Below the pieces are notes generated by a model. It did not search any database, had not been told where the DNA came from, and saw only the letters and a program-made list of their open reading frames with translations. From Eledone cirrhosa (Eukaryota): 64,000 nucleotides of DNA. The position numbers and the translations under genes were made by a program. The stretch covers positions 9,176,001-9,240,000 of the forward strand of contig OZ024749.1 in NCBI GenBank assembly GCA_964016885.1, written 5' to 3'. Numbering within the stretch: the first letter of the stretch is position 1; every line of letters begins with the position of its first letter. Below, in pieces: positions 63,923-64,000 of this stretch.

Positions 63923-64000
63923 CCACTGGAGGTGTAGAAATCCTTTGATATGCAGGCGGTCAGTCGCATAAATACAGTAAAATCTTTAACTGACACACAG

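Overview
Repeat-saturated, AT-rich eukaryotic DNA, most likely a cephalopod (Octopus-like), inferred from the Meta-domain SINEs and the (TA)n/(CA)n/(CATA)n/(GTA)n load. I could not recognise any host protein-coding gene; nearly all ORFs in the track are translations of micro- or minisatellites. The real content is mobile DNA and ribozymes. (1) About 20 minimal type-I hammerhead ribozyme (HHR) motifs or halves from roughly 7 short non-coding element families. These mostly sit in (TA)n tracts and often form fold-back palindromes, the signature of Penelope-like element (PLE) pseudo-LTRs; two families carry the compensatory U3-A8 core. (2) A 5.3-kb pile at 12.5-17.8 kb of 5'-truncated R4/Dong-like RLE retrotransposons plus RTE-related SINE-like elements, most of them inserted into (CATA)n. 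(3) Tx1/L1-like 3' ends in (GATA)n, RTE relics, many tRNA-derived SINEs, three non-autonomous Helitrons and piggyBac-type MITEs, one of which has spawned a 2.2-kb 12-bp satellite. (4) Large satellites with 46, 51, 35, 12 and ~28 bp units. All calls were made by eye and no searches were run.
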